Source: an uncultured Candidatus Micrarchaeota archaeon (GTDB lineage Archaea > Micrarchaeota > Micrarchaeia > Micrarchaeales > CABMGC01). From it: a stretch of 64,000 nucleotides of DNA. Below, one piece after another: positions 63,555 through 64,000 of this stretch. Position 1 is the stretch's first letter. Each line of letters begins with the position of its first letter. The notes under the pieces were generated by a model. That model saw only the letters and a list, made by a program, of their open reading frames with translations, was not told the origin of the DNA and ran no database searches. The translations under genes were made by a program, and so were the position numbers. Location: positions 21,330 through 85,329 of the forward strand of contig CAWHXT010000005.1 of assembly GCA_963833485.1 (NCBI GenBank). The letters run 5' to 3'.

Positions 63555-64000
63555 TCAGGCTTTTACAACAGTGCTAATAATCTTTTTTCCTAGTATCGCG
63601 TCGTAAATTCTTCCAGGCACAGTCGCATTTACAACTTGACACATCGCCTTAGAGTCTTTCGATATTTGGTACACGCCTGTTATCTTGCCTTTCATCCCAC
63701 CAGTTACGTCATATTTCCTAGAGCTGCCGCTCATTGCAAGTATGCTAGACAAATTTTCTTTTGTTACCATTTTGATTAGCTTTGCCTTCTTGTCAAGCTT
63801 CGGATCAGCAGTAAAAACGCCATCTACATCTGTGCCTATTATTATTTTATCTGGTTTCATTTTTTGAGCAATTGCTCTGAAGACCTCTTCTGTCGAGGCT
63901 ATTGAGAATCCCATCTGTGAGTCAATCATCACGTCTCCATATACTATAGGAACAAAACCTCTGTTTAGCGCCTCCCTTATGTTGCCGAAGAAGCCTTTCT
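63555..64000 (-). CDS. Isopentenyl phosphate kinase (amino-acid-kinase fold), 5' end outside the window
   Basis: 'VPIVYGDVMIDSQMGFSIASTE' and 'IIGTDVDGVFTADP' are typical of IPK. The frame stays open to the window edge. Confidence 0.8.
   Translation of the reverse strand, partial: KGFFGNIREALNRGFVPIVYGDVMIDSQMGFSIASTEEVFRAIAQKMKPDKIIIGTDVDGVFTADPKLDKKAKLIKMVTKENLSSILAMSGSSRKYDVTGGMKGKITGVYQISKDSKAMCQVVNATVPGRIYDAILGKKIISTVVKA

Noticed and set aside
1-64000. CRISPR arrays, cas genes, integrases, transposases or IS elements
   Set aside because: Visual reading found no regularly spaced direct repeats and no recombinase- or transposase-like ORFs on either strand. The only mobile-element-like signal is the set of tRNA-Val fragment repeats.

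Overview
This window reads as a small-genome archaeon. Evidence is an archaeal spc-type ribosomal operon (Rpp29, S17, L14, L24, S4e, L5, S14, S8, L6, L32e, L19e, L18, S5), aEF-1beta, Rad50 with a zinc hook, PolX-PHP, FtsZ, ScpAB and an unlinked 5S rRNA. A split LplA/LplB lipoate ligase, as in Thermoplasma, fits too. I cannot assign a taxon without a database search. Core content also includes glutamate dehydrogenase, an ABC-2 transporter and a P5C/aldehyde dehydrogenase. There is a large 2-oxoacid dehydrogenase plus lipoylation supercluster (E1a, E1b, E2, E3, LplB, LplA, LipA). An isoprenoid cluster holds type-1 IDI, two polyprenyl synthases and IPK. Four tRNAs are present, one apparently with a non-canonical intron.

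Findings worth a second look:
- An AT-rich islet next to tRNA-Val, bounded by copies of the tRNA 3' end. It carries a class-I aminoacyl-tRNA-synthetase-like gene flanked by two ASCH-domain genes.
- A 47-aa CxC-rich metallothionein-like ORF inside the dehydrogenase operon.
- Two convergent Thr-rich surface proteins that share a C-terminal 'PFELY + TM' signal resembling archaeosortase sorting signals.
- A protein disulfide oxidoreductase (PDO) homologue that has lost both CxxC motifs.
- A striking density of single-base frame disruptions. At least 8 fall within about 2 kb of the ribosomal operon. Others hit lpdA, lipA, an SDR, a DUF373 gene and several more. Sequence error is the most economical reading, but this needs read-level checking.

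No CRISPR array, integrase or transposase was seen.
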